This document shows, piece by piece, positions 1 through 8,851 of a stretch of 64,000 bases of DNA. The number at the start of each line of letters is the position of its first letter. Position 1 is the first letter of the stretch. Source of the DNA: Candidatus Bathyarchaeia archaeon (GTDB lineage Archaea > Thermoproteota > Bathyarchaeia > Bathyarchaeales > Bathycorpusculaceae); NCBI GenBank assembly GCA_050015395.1, contig JBEKBM010000012.1, positions 1 to 64,000 on the forward strand. The letters run 5' to 3'. The notes beneath the pieces are model-generated. The model ran no database searches, was not told the DNA's origin, and worked only from the letters and a program-made list of their open reading frames with translations. A program made the position numbers and the translations under genes.

Positions 1-63
1 ATCTTGGCTCACAGGATAGGCAGACCGGAACTTGCCAACAGCATAGCAGCCTTCACTTACTAA
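1..63 (+). CDS. 3' end of a gene entering from the left edge (ILAHRIGRPELANSIAAFTY*), possibly a transposase C-terminus
   Basis: Open frame from base 1 to TAA at 61-63; the resemblance to IS transposase tails is an impression only. Confidence 0.3.
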   Translation: MLAHRIGRPELANSIAAFTY

Positions 64-188
64 ACGCCTAAAAACAGCTCTATTCGCGAAATTAAGCCAA
101 AAAAGAATTAATGACCACTTATGCGCGGGCAAGTTAAATAAATGGTTAAAAATGGTTATAAGTCCGTTTTTGCTTGTTTAAGCCTGTA

Positions 189-272
189 ATGGACTTATTT
201 GATGAACGCGTTTTGGCCGCGCTCAAAGACGGCAAACCCAGAAGTTTCCAAAAGTTGCCTCTAAATCCCATA
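189..272 (+). pseudogene. Truncated N-terminus of a putative winged-helix protein (MDLFDERVLAALKDGKPRSFQ...)
   Basis: ATG at 189; helix-1-like wHTH start that breaks off after about 25 codons; flanked by copies of a dispersed repeat. Confidence 0.4.
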
Positions 273-524
273 AAAGGAATAAAAACCATTTTCAACTTAT
301 TTCGGAAGCAGGCGCGCAGCAAAAAAGCAGATTAAAAAGTATCTGTTTTCTCCCAAATTCGAGGCGCAAAGTTTTTTATGGCTCTTAAGCTTTCTCAGAA
401 CTATGGTGGTAAGGTAAATCGCGTTTGAACGACATCCCAGAATCCAGCGAGGTTATTGTTGAACGCGCGCTGGGTTTCATTCCATACAAAAAAGCGACTT
501 GTCCAAATAGGAAATTTGAGCAGC

Positions 525-1828
525 TTGAAAACAACCAAAAAAGCTAGTCTAATTGTGATTCTTTTTCTTTTGAACGTGTGTATTATCTCGTCGACTTCCC
601 CAGCCAAAGCTCTCACCCAAGCTCCGCCTATAGAATGGCAACGTACTTTCAGCGGTGATGTAGGGTATTCGATTTTGCAGACATCTGACGGAGGGTATGC
701 AATAACAGGAATAAACGGTTCAAGCAGTCTGTTAATCAGAACTGATTCCGACGGCAATTTGCTGTGGGTCAAAGATTACGAAATTGGAGGAACAGAAACT
801 AATCTTCCATACATAGTCCAGACTAAGGATGGCGGGTATGCATTAGGAGGCACTATGGACAACATGTTTCTCATCGTGAAAGTTGATTCCCAGGGGACTA
901 TTCAGTGGAACAGAACATATGCTTATGATGCTCCCTACAATTCCCTTCGGGCCCTAATTCAAACTAGCGACGGAGGCTATGCTCTGGTGGGAACCTTTTC
1001 CCCTCCTCAAACCGCCTCTCATGCAATTGGAGAAATGTGGTTTGTTAAAACGGATTCTTTGGGCGACATGCAATGGAACACAACTATAGTTGGACCGGTT
1101 GGCAACTTCGCCAATACTGTGCTGCAAACTAATGATGGAGGCTACGTAATTTTTGGCACAAGCTGGGCTTCTGATACTTTGCCGTCAGCGTTTAAAATCA
1201 TCAGAACTGATTCTGATGGAAATGAACAATGGAACAGAACCTACGGGGGTCCGGCAATTTTTTCACTGCTGAAAGTGACTCTGGAATAATAACTAAAGAT
1301 GGGGGATATTTGTTAGCTGGAGTTAGCGTTAATAACGACAGCGATCGGTACGCTTGGATCGTCAAGGTTGACTCGCAAGGCAATATGATGTGGAATCAAA
1401 ATTATGGCGAAAACGGCAGTTGGGCACTGTGTGTTATTCAAAGTAATGATGGCGGGTATGCCTTTGCAGGATTGACCAACGGGAAAGACGTTGGGGTTTT
1501 TAAAATAAGTGCTGATGGCACACAAGAGTGGAATGAGACTTTTCCGGGAATCGCAATTTGGGGGAGTTCAATTGAGGATTTTGGCACATGCTTAGCCCAA
1601 TCAAATGATGGAGGATTCGTTTTAGTCGGTTCTAAGAATTCTCAGATTTTGCTGATTAAGATAGCTCCTTCCAACTCGTCTTCAAATGGTCTTTTCGTGG
1701 AAACTGTCCTGATAGTTGTGTTCTTTGTTGTGGTTGTTTCCGTAGTCGTTGCTGCTTTTTTGAAGAGAAGAAATATGCAGACAATGAAACAACGAGGTAA
1801 CTCTTTAAAGGTGTTAATGAAGCTGTAG
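525..1828 (+). CDS. Secreted beta-propeller-type repeat surface protein with C-terminal TM anchor, split by one frameshift
   Basis: Signal peptide from TTG 525; repeats QTxDGGY...KxDSxGxxxWNxTY continue across ORFs 456-1289 and 1229-1828; adding one G to the G5 run at 1245-1249 joins them (RTYGG-SGNFF); C-terminal TM plus KRR. Confidence 0.8.
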
Positions 1829-2130
1829 CACAGCGCGCCGCTTACTCGCTGAGATGTTAAACGAATAACACCAAGATAGCCACCTGACCAATCAAAGGGA
1901 TTCCCACAAGAAAGTGGTTATTGAAGCTGATTCGAAGCGCGCTGCCTTGTCCCGATATTACGTGATGTGGAACTGATATTATACTTTCTTTAATGTAGTT
2001 GATATATGGAAACTGTATCAAATGATAAATTGATACTCAGACCCTTTTAATTGATAATTGACCTTACTGAGAACATTTACAAAGCAACATCTTATCCTTA
2101 TTTGACCAAACAGCCTTCTTTTCTTGGGCA

Positions 2131-2349
2131 TTACTCAAGCCTCTGGGAATTGGAAAACGCGCGCGGTCTTTGCAATCTTCTGACCGCTATCGCGACGATT
2201 GCACTAAAACCTGCAACAAGTCCACTAACTAATAAGAAAACGGTAAGTACAAAACTGTGATAATAGAAACCCACAAAGTCAGACAAAAAAATCAGTGCGA
2301 TACCTAAATACAAACAAGCATATATCATAGTTTTATCCAAATCAGTCAT
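2131..2349 (-). CDS. Small two-TM membrane protein
   Basis: 72 aa, two hydrophobic segments, basic tail. Confidence 0.55.
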   Translation of the reverse strand: MTDLDKTMIYACLYLGIALIFLSDFVGFYYHSFVLTVFLLVSGLVAGFSAIVAIAVRRLQRPRAFSNSQRLE

Positions 2350-2430
2350 TTGGCTGTCAATCTCGAACTACAAAAACATTTACCATTTTTGAAATAAAAG
2401 GTTATGCAACGCTTGCAGTAATTAGCGCGC

Positions 2431-2625
2431 ATGCCTGTTCCGAAATTGGTCAAAAATGGTATTTATTCCCATTTTGCGCGCGCATACAAGCTTGACTATT
2501 ACAATCTGCCAAGAAAAATCGATTCTAAGCAACTGGCTAGAAAACTCAATTTAAAACGTTCCACTCTGGTAGTACACCGCAGAAAAGCCGAACTGCGCAT
2601 TCTTACTAAGATAATGAAAGGATGA
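2431..2625 (+). pseudogene. C-terminal HTH_10 (bacterio-opsin activator type) fragment
   Basis: AYKLDYYNLPRKIDSKQLARKLNLKRSTLVVHRRKAE matches the A(Y)xxGYYxxPR...ST...HLRKAE pattern; N-terminal domain missing and 5' part overlaps a dispersed repeat. Confidence 0.7.
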
Positions 2626-2852
2626 GCAATCAAATTACATATCAGAATCACACTCCAAGAAATTGCCAACATTAACACAAGCAAAAACTAATAGTGGGTA
2701 ATCTACACCAGCCACTTTCAAAACGTTGCATCGGGAAAAGCATGGACTTTTACCGTGCCCTGCGGCTTGAGGAAATGCCTGTAGCTTTTTCGTGTGGAAT
2801 TTAAACGTGGGTGTAAACCTAACATCCCGCGCCATATCTCCATTTGAGATTT

Positions 2853-3704
2853 TTATTGTAACCGTTTTTTGTGGATTGATAAGTATCTTCTGACAAAGTA
2901 GTTTATGAAGCCTTCTTCGGGTCGCTGCAACGCTTTGTAGTAGGATTTTCTTTTCGTGTATTCTATTATGAGCATAGGATAACCGTTTTTCCATAAGATG
3001 TAATTCATTAAGAGCCTTCCAATTCTGCCGTTTCCATCGCCGAAAGGATGAATTTTCTCGAACATGTAGTGAGCTCTAGCCGCAAGCTCGACGGAATTAA
3101 GGTTTGATTCGTTTATGAATGTTACAAGTTGTTTCATTAGGTTTTCGACGTTCTGCCAATCTGGCGCTAAGTAAGGTCCCACTCTGACAGGATAACTTCT
3201 AAATCTCCCTGCGATGTCAGATTTTGTCTCTGTGAAGATGTTTTGATGCCATTTCAAAAGAAGCTCATCTGATAATTCTTCTTTTGTTTTCAACATTTGC
3301 AGGAATGCAGATGCGTGCGATTCGGTTTCGCGGATGTCTTTAAGTGGCTTGTTAGGAGCCATTCTATCTTCTATTATTAACCTGGCTTCCTCAAGAGTTA
3401 TAGTGGATCCTTCGATGGCATTAGTGTTATAAGTAAATGCTATGGCTATCTCCTGCAGTTCTTTTTCTTGGGCAGATTGGGGAATTTCTTTCCATTCTCT
3501 CTGAAAGTCGTTTCTTATTTTTTCCAGCTTTTCAAATAAGGTTTCTTTGGCTTCAAGCAGAAGCTTGGCTTTAATTTCTTCAATGTTATCAGGTATGTTT
3601 TTGCCAAGGTAGAGTTCTTTTGTAACTACTTTTCCGTTTTTTCTGAAGGAATGTTGGAGGTAGAAATATTTTGTTTTGCCCTTTTCCCTTTTAATTATGC
3701 GCAT
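2853..3704 (-). CDS. Fic family protein (AMPylase) with N-terminal autoinhibitory motif
   Basis: HPFGDGNGRIGR catalytic motif; TNAIEGS inhibitory (S/T)xxxE(G/N) motif. Confidence 0.93.
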   Translation of the reverse strand: MRIIKREKGKTKYFYLQHSFRKNGKVVTKELYLGKNIPDNIEEIKAKLLLEAKETLFEKLEKIRNDFQREWKEIPQSAQEKELQEIAIAFTYNTNAIEGSTITLEEARLIIEDRMAPNKPLKDIRETESHASAFLQMLKTKEELSDELLLKWHQNIFTETKSDIAGRFRSYPVRVGPYLAPDWQNVENLMKQLVTFINESNLNSVELAARAHYMFEKIHPFGDGNGRIGRLLMNYILWKNGYPMLIIEYTKRKSYYKALQRPEEGFINYFVRRYLSIHKKRLQ

Positions 3705-3911
3705 AAGAATCTTACCATTACAAACAATATAAATATTTCATTTTAAGACAAAACGTAATGGTAATGCTGGCGGACCTAATCCCTGCCTCAAAACTGACCC
3801 ACCTCTGAACCATGAATTAAAGCCATTTTTTAGACAAAGGGACACCATGTGCGCTAGGATGTGTTCCGACGATAACCAAAAATATGGCGCAGTCTGTAGG
3901 AACATGGGTTT

Positions 3912-4265
3912 GTGACAGTGAAATCCGAGTTTGGCTGGGTGAAAGTGAACGGGGTCAAGTATGAAAATGACGTTATCCTTCACGTCGATGGGACAGTTAC
4001 TAAGAGGAAGAAGAAAAAATCTAAAGATTTGAAGCTCATCTATGGTCATACTCCTCTTTCAGAACGTGAACTAGATTTTCTTTCGGAAGAAAAGCCAGAT
4101 GTCGTCTACATCGGAACGGGTCATGACGCAGCGCTTCCCATTACACCTGAAGCTATTTTGATCCTGAAAAAATATGAAACCGTTATTCTGCCAACGCAAG
4201 AGATAACCGAAAAAATAAGCCAAGAGCATAGAAAAATGGCAGCATTAATCCACGTGACATGTTAA
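3912..4265 (+). CDS. Mth938-like domain protein
   Basis: FGWVKVNGVKYENDVI, VYIGTG, and terminal HVTC typical of the Mth938/DUF498 family. Confidence 0.85.
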   Translation: MTVKSEFGWVKVNGVKYENDVILHVDGTVTKRKKKKSKDLKLIYGHTPLSERELDFLSEEKPDVVYIGTGHDAALPITPEAILILKKYETVILPTQEITEKISQEHRKMAALIHVTC

Positions 4266-4599
4266 TTACTCTCGCGAAGTAATAGTAGATCAGATGTTTC
4301 CTTAAGGTTTTGCACCCACGCTTAGCGCCCTCGAGCATAATTAGCCTAAAGGGCGAATTGTGGTGTATCAGAGTCAAATCAGCCGACTTATAAGCAAATA
4401 TTCGGTGTCAGCTTCAACCTCCTTTCCTTTTTTTGTCTCAACAGGGTCTACGTATTATGCCCATTTACAGTTCATGCTTTGAAGTGTGACCCAAAAGCAG
4501 AAAGCGGACTTAAAACCATTTTTGCACTATTTTAGGGACAAAGCAGCAGCTAAGGACAATACCGAACTTTTATTAGCAAAGTCAAACTAACCTGTTGGG

Positions 4600-5448
4600 A
4601 TGGCGATGGTCATGGCGATCACGGTTAGCGAAGAGTTTGATGGCATCTCCGAAATTTATGATTCCACACGACAAGCGGCAACAGAGGCTGAGCTCCGCGC
4701 AGTTTCAAGCGAACTCAGAGAGTGCTGCACAATACTTGATGTGGGCGTTGGAACGGGCAGGTTCTCGAAGCCTCTTTCAGATCTTGGATTTGAAATGGTG
4801 GGGATAGACCTCTCTCGCAAGATGCTGCTCAAGGCAAGGCAGAAAGGAGTCCGTAACCTCATAATAGCAGACGCACGCAACATGCCATTCAAGGACGGAA
4901 CCTTTGACGCTTCAATCATAATTCACGTTCTCCATCTCCTTCCGGATTGGTTAAGCGTTGCACGGGAAATGGGTCGCGTAACGAAGAGTAAAGTTGCAGC
5001 ATTGTTAAGCAACGGGCATGGAGAATGGGGCAAGGCAGCGAATGTTTCAGGCAATTCAGCGTCTCCAGTTTATTCAGAGTTTTGGGTTCGCTACGCGCGA
5101 TTAAGGGAGGAAATGGGATACCCAGTCAAGCGGAACAGGCGAATGTGGCAGAACGAAGCGGAGGTCCGGGTAAAACTGCCTCCGATGAAAATTATAGAGG
5201 TAAGCGATAAAGTCATTATAACGAACGTGAGCGATCTCATGACAAGATTTCAACAAAGACCCTATTCTCTGCAGCAAGACATACCTATGGACGTGCATAA
5301 CAAGATAATCCAGAAACTTCTCGCGCCTACAGAAAACGCTGACTCCACGGGTATGGAGGCGGCGTCTGCTCTGCGAAACAAGCAGATAACGAGACGGATA
5401 ATCGAGGAACTTGCCGTCTGGCGACCTGATCAACTGCGCTCAGGATAA
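4600..5448 (+). CDS. Class I SAM-dependent methyltransferase
   Basis: ILDVGVGTG motif I, GIDLSRKML, ADARNMPFKDGTFD. Confidence 0.9.
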   Translation: MAMVMAITVSEEFDGISEIYDSTRQAATEAELRAVSSELRECCTILDVGVGTGRFSKPLSDLGFEMVGIDLSRKMLLKARQKGVRNLIIADARNMPFKDGTFDASIIIHVLHLLPDWLSVAREMGRVTKSKVAALLSNGHGEWGKAANVSGNSASPVYSEFWVRYARLREEMGYPVKRNRRMWQNEAEVRVKLPPMKIIEVSDKVIITNVSDLMTRFQQRPYSLQQDIPMDVHNKIIQKLLAPTENADSTGMEAASALRNKQITRRIIEELAVWRPDQLRSG

Positions 5449-5578
5449 TTCATTCTTTCACATCTTTACGCTTACGAGTGGAACAGTGTTTTCCTTCCCA
5501 GCCAGTTTGTCATTATCAAGTAAACAAGCTGTTCCGTTTTAATATGTTGATTTTGAAATTTCCGTTTCATATATGGTT

Positions 5579-6088
5579 TTATGAGTGGTGTTGTTTGATG
5601 AATTTGGAGAGGTCGATGATTTCTAGGTCGCCCTTGCATCTGGGGCAGGTTTTTTGGATTTCGGGTGCTCTTGCACCGATTTTCAGCGGTGCTCCACAGT
5701 GGCAACAGTAGTATGTTAGGGTTTGTCCTTTCTGGGAGAGGTTCTTGACGAGGGCAACTGCTTCTTTTTGCGTCTGGGTTAATTCTTTATTTTTCTTTTT
5801 ATCAGGATTTGCTTTTTTCTCGGTGGAGTAGTCTTTGCAGGTTTCCGCCTGAACAAAATACGTGTTAAACCCAGCCTTCACAGGCACCAAGGCTACGCTA
5901 GTCTTCTTACATGAATCCTCATCGAAGTAGCCGCAGTCCTCACAGGTCTTTTTCTTATCATACTCCTTCCGAAGCACCCAAAAACAATCTGCACAGTAAG
6001 CCCTCTGTTCCCCATTTGAAGTTACAATTAAGCCTGAACCAGAGAAGGATTTCTTGCAGCCACTGCATTCAAACCGCATAGTGTTCAC
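5579..6088 (-). CDS. Multi-cysteine zinc-finger/ribbon protein
   Basis: Several CxxC pairs (CSGC, CADC, CEDC, CCHC, CPRC). Confidence 0.7.
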   Translation of the reverse strand: MNTMRFECSGCKKSFSGSGLIVTSNGEQRAYCADCFWVLRKEYDKKKTCEDCGYFDEDSCKKTSVALVPVKAGFNTYFVQAETCKDYSTEKKANPDKKKNKELTQTQKEAVALVKNLSQKGQTLTYYCCHCGAPLKIGARAPEIQKTCPRCKGDLEIIDLSKFIKQHHS

Positions 6089-6328
6089 GTGAAAATTACT
6101 ATTTGATTAGCTTTTATTTATTGTTTGATGCTTTAAAATACCCGAATTCATGTTGAAAAGTGCATTAATTTTTGGGGTTAGGAAGAAAAATGAGCATTGA
6201 CCCGTATCTGTTCGGCGTTAAGTCTGTTCTGGCCCGCTATATTCACTTTCACCATTTTGTTTGTACGCTTAAGGGAGGGTAAGGTCTAAGAGCAGGTTAT
6301 ATTATACTGCTTGTAAAGGTGGATAAAT

Positions 6329-6457
6329 TTGTCTAGAAAAGCAAAGAAAGCTGAAGGACTCGAGCAGCATAAGAAACTGCAGCGCGAAAAAGATATGAAG
6401 AGAAAAGAGAAGAAACAGGTTTCGCTTCCAGCAAAACATGCGAAAGGCAAGAAATAA
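6329..6457 (+). CDS. 42-aa highly basic microprotein (MSRKAKKAEGLEQHKKLQREKDMKRKEKKQVSLPAKHAKGKK), below the ORF-track cutoff
   Basis: TTATATTA TATA-like box near 6297, AGGTGG RBS-like site, TTG start, T-rich tract after the stop. Confidence 0.65.
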   Translation: MSRKAKKAEGLEQHKKLQREKDMKRKEKKQVSLPAKHAKGKK

Positions 6458-6730
6458 TCAGTCTTGCGCTAAACAACCATTTTCTTTGTTATTTTCAGCG
6501 CTGTTTCTACGCAGTCATGGAAAATGCAAACATTATAGTTCTACATCTCGGCGTTTAACCCAAAATTCGTAAGGTCAAATTCTGTCAACCCACAATAAAG
6601 AAAGTAGTTTCTCTTGATGGCGCGTCACACACTTTAACTTCGCATCTACTGGATGCTTAATGTTTATATACCACTGAATAACGATTGATTTGTGCTCAAA
6701 TTTAGGTTAAAACAGGAAGTTGACTAAAAA

Positions 6731-6991
6731 ATGCCCGTATGTCCACAATGTGGGGCTACAGTGCCTGAAGGCGCGATCGCCTGCGGCAACTGTGGATCAC
6801 CCTTAAACTCCTCACAGACAAGTTCTGCGCCGTTTCAATCCACGTCCACAAGTTCAACGACATGGTCAACCAGAACCGACAACAGCGACCTATCAACGCG
6901 CCTAGAAAAAGCCCTCCGAAGAACTGAATTGTTAAGCTACGTTGCAATAGGCTTAGCCGCAGTCATACTCGTCATCCTTCTCATATTTTAG
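6731..6991 (+). CDS. Zinc-ribbon protein with C-terminal membrane anchor
   Basis: CPQCG...CGNCG, Ser/Thr linker, terminal TM helix; TTTATATA upstream. Confidence 0.75.
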   Translation: MPVCPQCGATVPEGAIACGNCGSPLNSSQTSSAPFQSTSTSSTTWSTRTDNSDLSTRLEKALRRTELLSYVAIGLAAVILVILLIF

Positions 6992-7053
6992 CTCTAACTC
7001 TGACAAGCATGGACCAAGACAGAAAACGCTCAACAGTCAAGAAGGAGAAAAAA

Positions 7054-7170
7054 ATGGAAAACCCCTCAGAAAATACTGTAACAAGAATAGAGCGAACGAA
7101 TAAACTACTCATGTATACAGTCATTATCGAAGTTGTCATCTTAGGTCTCATCTTAGTTCTCATCATATAG
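7054..7170 (+). CDS. 38-aa tail-anchored membrane peptide (MENPSENTVTRIERTNKLLMYTVIIEVVILGLILVLII)
   Basis: AAGGAG RBS before ATG 7054 (alternative in-frame ATG at 7009); single C-terminal TM; follows the previous gene. Confidence 0.55.
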   Translation: MENPSENTVTRIERTNKLLMYTVIIEVVILGLILVLII

Positions 7171-7476
7171 AAAGCCCATAAGCACGAGGACAAATGCAAC
7201 TTCACGAGTGGAAAGCAAATCGCGTTCGCTCAATACCATTATCCCATTTTTTGTTTCGCAGGGTGCGTAAATGGTTTTTATTTCTTAGCTTTGGGATTTG
7301 AGAGCCAACAATTCTGCGCGTGACATTAGCGATTGTTGCAAGCGTGTTATCTTCTACAAGAAAAACGCACCGAACAAATGAGGCTGTTGATCGATGGTTA
7401 GAACCATATTCAAGTTTGATTATCCTCCGAAAAATTTAAGCGGTACGCTTGGTCTCTGCTTTCCGAGCAAACCGCG

Positions 7477-8574
7477 ATGAACGCAAGCGACGACATCCTC
7501 TCTAGCAGACCAGTTAAACGGCGAAGTATCAAAAAGGAAAGCCGCAAGTTCAGCTTCATATTTTATCAGGCGCTCTACGGTCCCTTTGTTTTCGTCAAAG
7601 CAATATACAGCCAGATCATCCTCCTCGGACTCATGTTTGTCTGGGGAGCCGCAATTTTCTCCTATTTCGGGCATCTTCCTGTCCTCAGTTCTCTCCTCGC
7701 CTCTGTTTCAACCATAACCACGATTGGATTGTGTGTTCCAAACGGCGGCAATTTCGTCACCATGAATCATGTTGAAATAGTACTCTTAATTATCATGATA
7801 ATCACATCAGTAGGTGCAGGCGCATCGATAGTGCAAAGCAGCGTTAATACAGTAGTCAACGGCGACCTCGGCAAGGGCGAAGCCGAGAAGACACTCATAA
7901 AGAAGTTAAAAAAGCACGTCATCGTCTTCGGATACAGTCATCTCGGCAGATACGTTGTCGAGAAACTGGGCGACCTAGGCTTTGACTATGTCGTCCTCAC
8001 GAGAGATCCGAATATCTACCACGAATTATTGAAGAAAGATATCTTCGCGGTGCTAGAATACGAGACCCAGCCCATGACTTCGCTGAAAGCTGCCGGGATA
8101 GATCACGCTGCCATAGTTATCGTAGCCCACGATAAAGACCCAGATAACATGCTTGTAATACTAAGCGCGAGAAAACTGAGACCAGACATCAGAATAATCA
8201 GCGTAGTTCACGACCAGAGCCTGATAGAAACTGCCAAGAACGCCGGCGCCGACATGGTCATACCTTCTTCTGTTACGGTCGGCCACTTATTGGCGCTTTC
8301 CGCCGTGACAAAGGATCTGGTTGGCGTGGTTTTTTCCGAGAAAATCGGAACGCAGGAGATAGCTGAATTCTCAATTTTTAAAGCGTCTAAGCTTGTTGGT
8401 AAGGGATTGCAGGAGATTTCTAAATTCGCCACTGTTATCGGGGTGGTGCGAGACACGAAAGTGGTAACGAATATCTTTGACCCGTCCTTCAGGCTTAAGG
8501 AAAACGATACGCTACTTGTTCTCGGCGACCCAGCGAACCTATTAACGCTTGAAGAAGAAGCAAAAGCCCTTTAA
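7477..8574 (+). CDS. Two-TM ion channel with RCK (TrkA_N/TrkA_C) domains, atypical filter
   Basis: Pore helix STITTIGLC; HVIVFGYSHLG Rossmann motif; AGADMVI; C-terminal LKENDTLLVLG. Confidence 0.88.
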   Translation: MNASDDILSSRPVKRRSIKKESRKFSFIFYQALYGPFVFVKAIYSQIILLGLMFVWGAAIFSYFGHLPVLSSLLASVSTITTIGLCVPNGGNFVTMNHVEIVLLIIMIITSVGAGASIVQSSVNTVVNGDLGKGEAEKTLIKKLKKHVIVFGYSHLGRYVVEKLGDLGFDYVVLTRDPNIYHELLKKDIFAVLEYETQPMTSLKAAGIDHAAIVIVAHDKDPDNMLVILSARKLRPDIRIISVVHDQSLIETAKNAGADMVIPSSVTVGHLLALSAVTKDLVGVVFSEKIGTQEIAEFSIFKASKLVGKGLQEISKFATVIGVVRDTKVVTNIFDPSFRLKENDTLLVLGDPANLLTLEEEAKAL

Positions 8575-8851
8575 AAGAGCCGCTCTCTATAGGATAAAAT
8601 TCGCCTTATGCGAAAAATAGCTTACTGACTTATTTAGTTTTTGAGTACTGCTACCACTGTTTTCCTTAGTCTCATCTACCCCAAAACTTGAACCATTTGC
8701 TTCAGGTCCATTATAAGGGACGATTTAAACTCTAAAAGAAATGGCGAACAAAGCAGTCACGTTTCTTGGGGTCAAAGAGTCGAGTTATCGACTGAGCGGA
8801 AACTAATTATGGGTGAAAGCAGAACTTCCTCATAACGAGGAGTTTGGTTTT

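Noticed and set aside
525-1828. Beta-propeller protein as a third substrate of the exosortase
   Set aside because: It has a TM and basic tail but no PES or similar motif, and has a longer cytoplasmic tail
3695-3706. Palindrome TTATGCGCATAA resembling a dif XerC arm
   Set aside because: Coincides with the Fic start codons and has no matching second arm at 6-bp spacing
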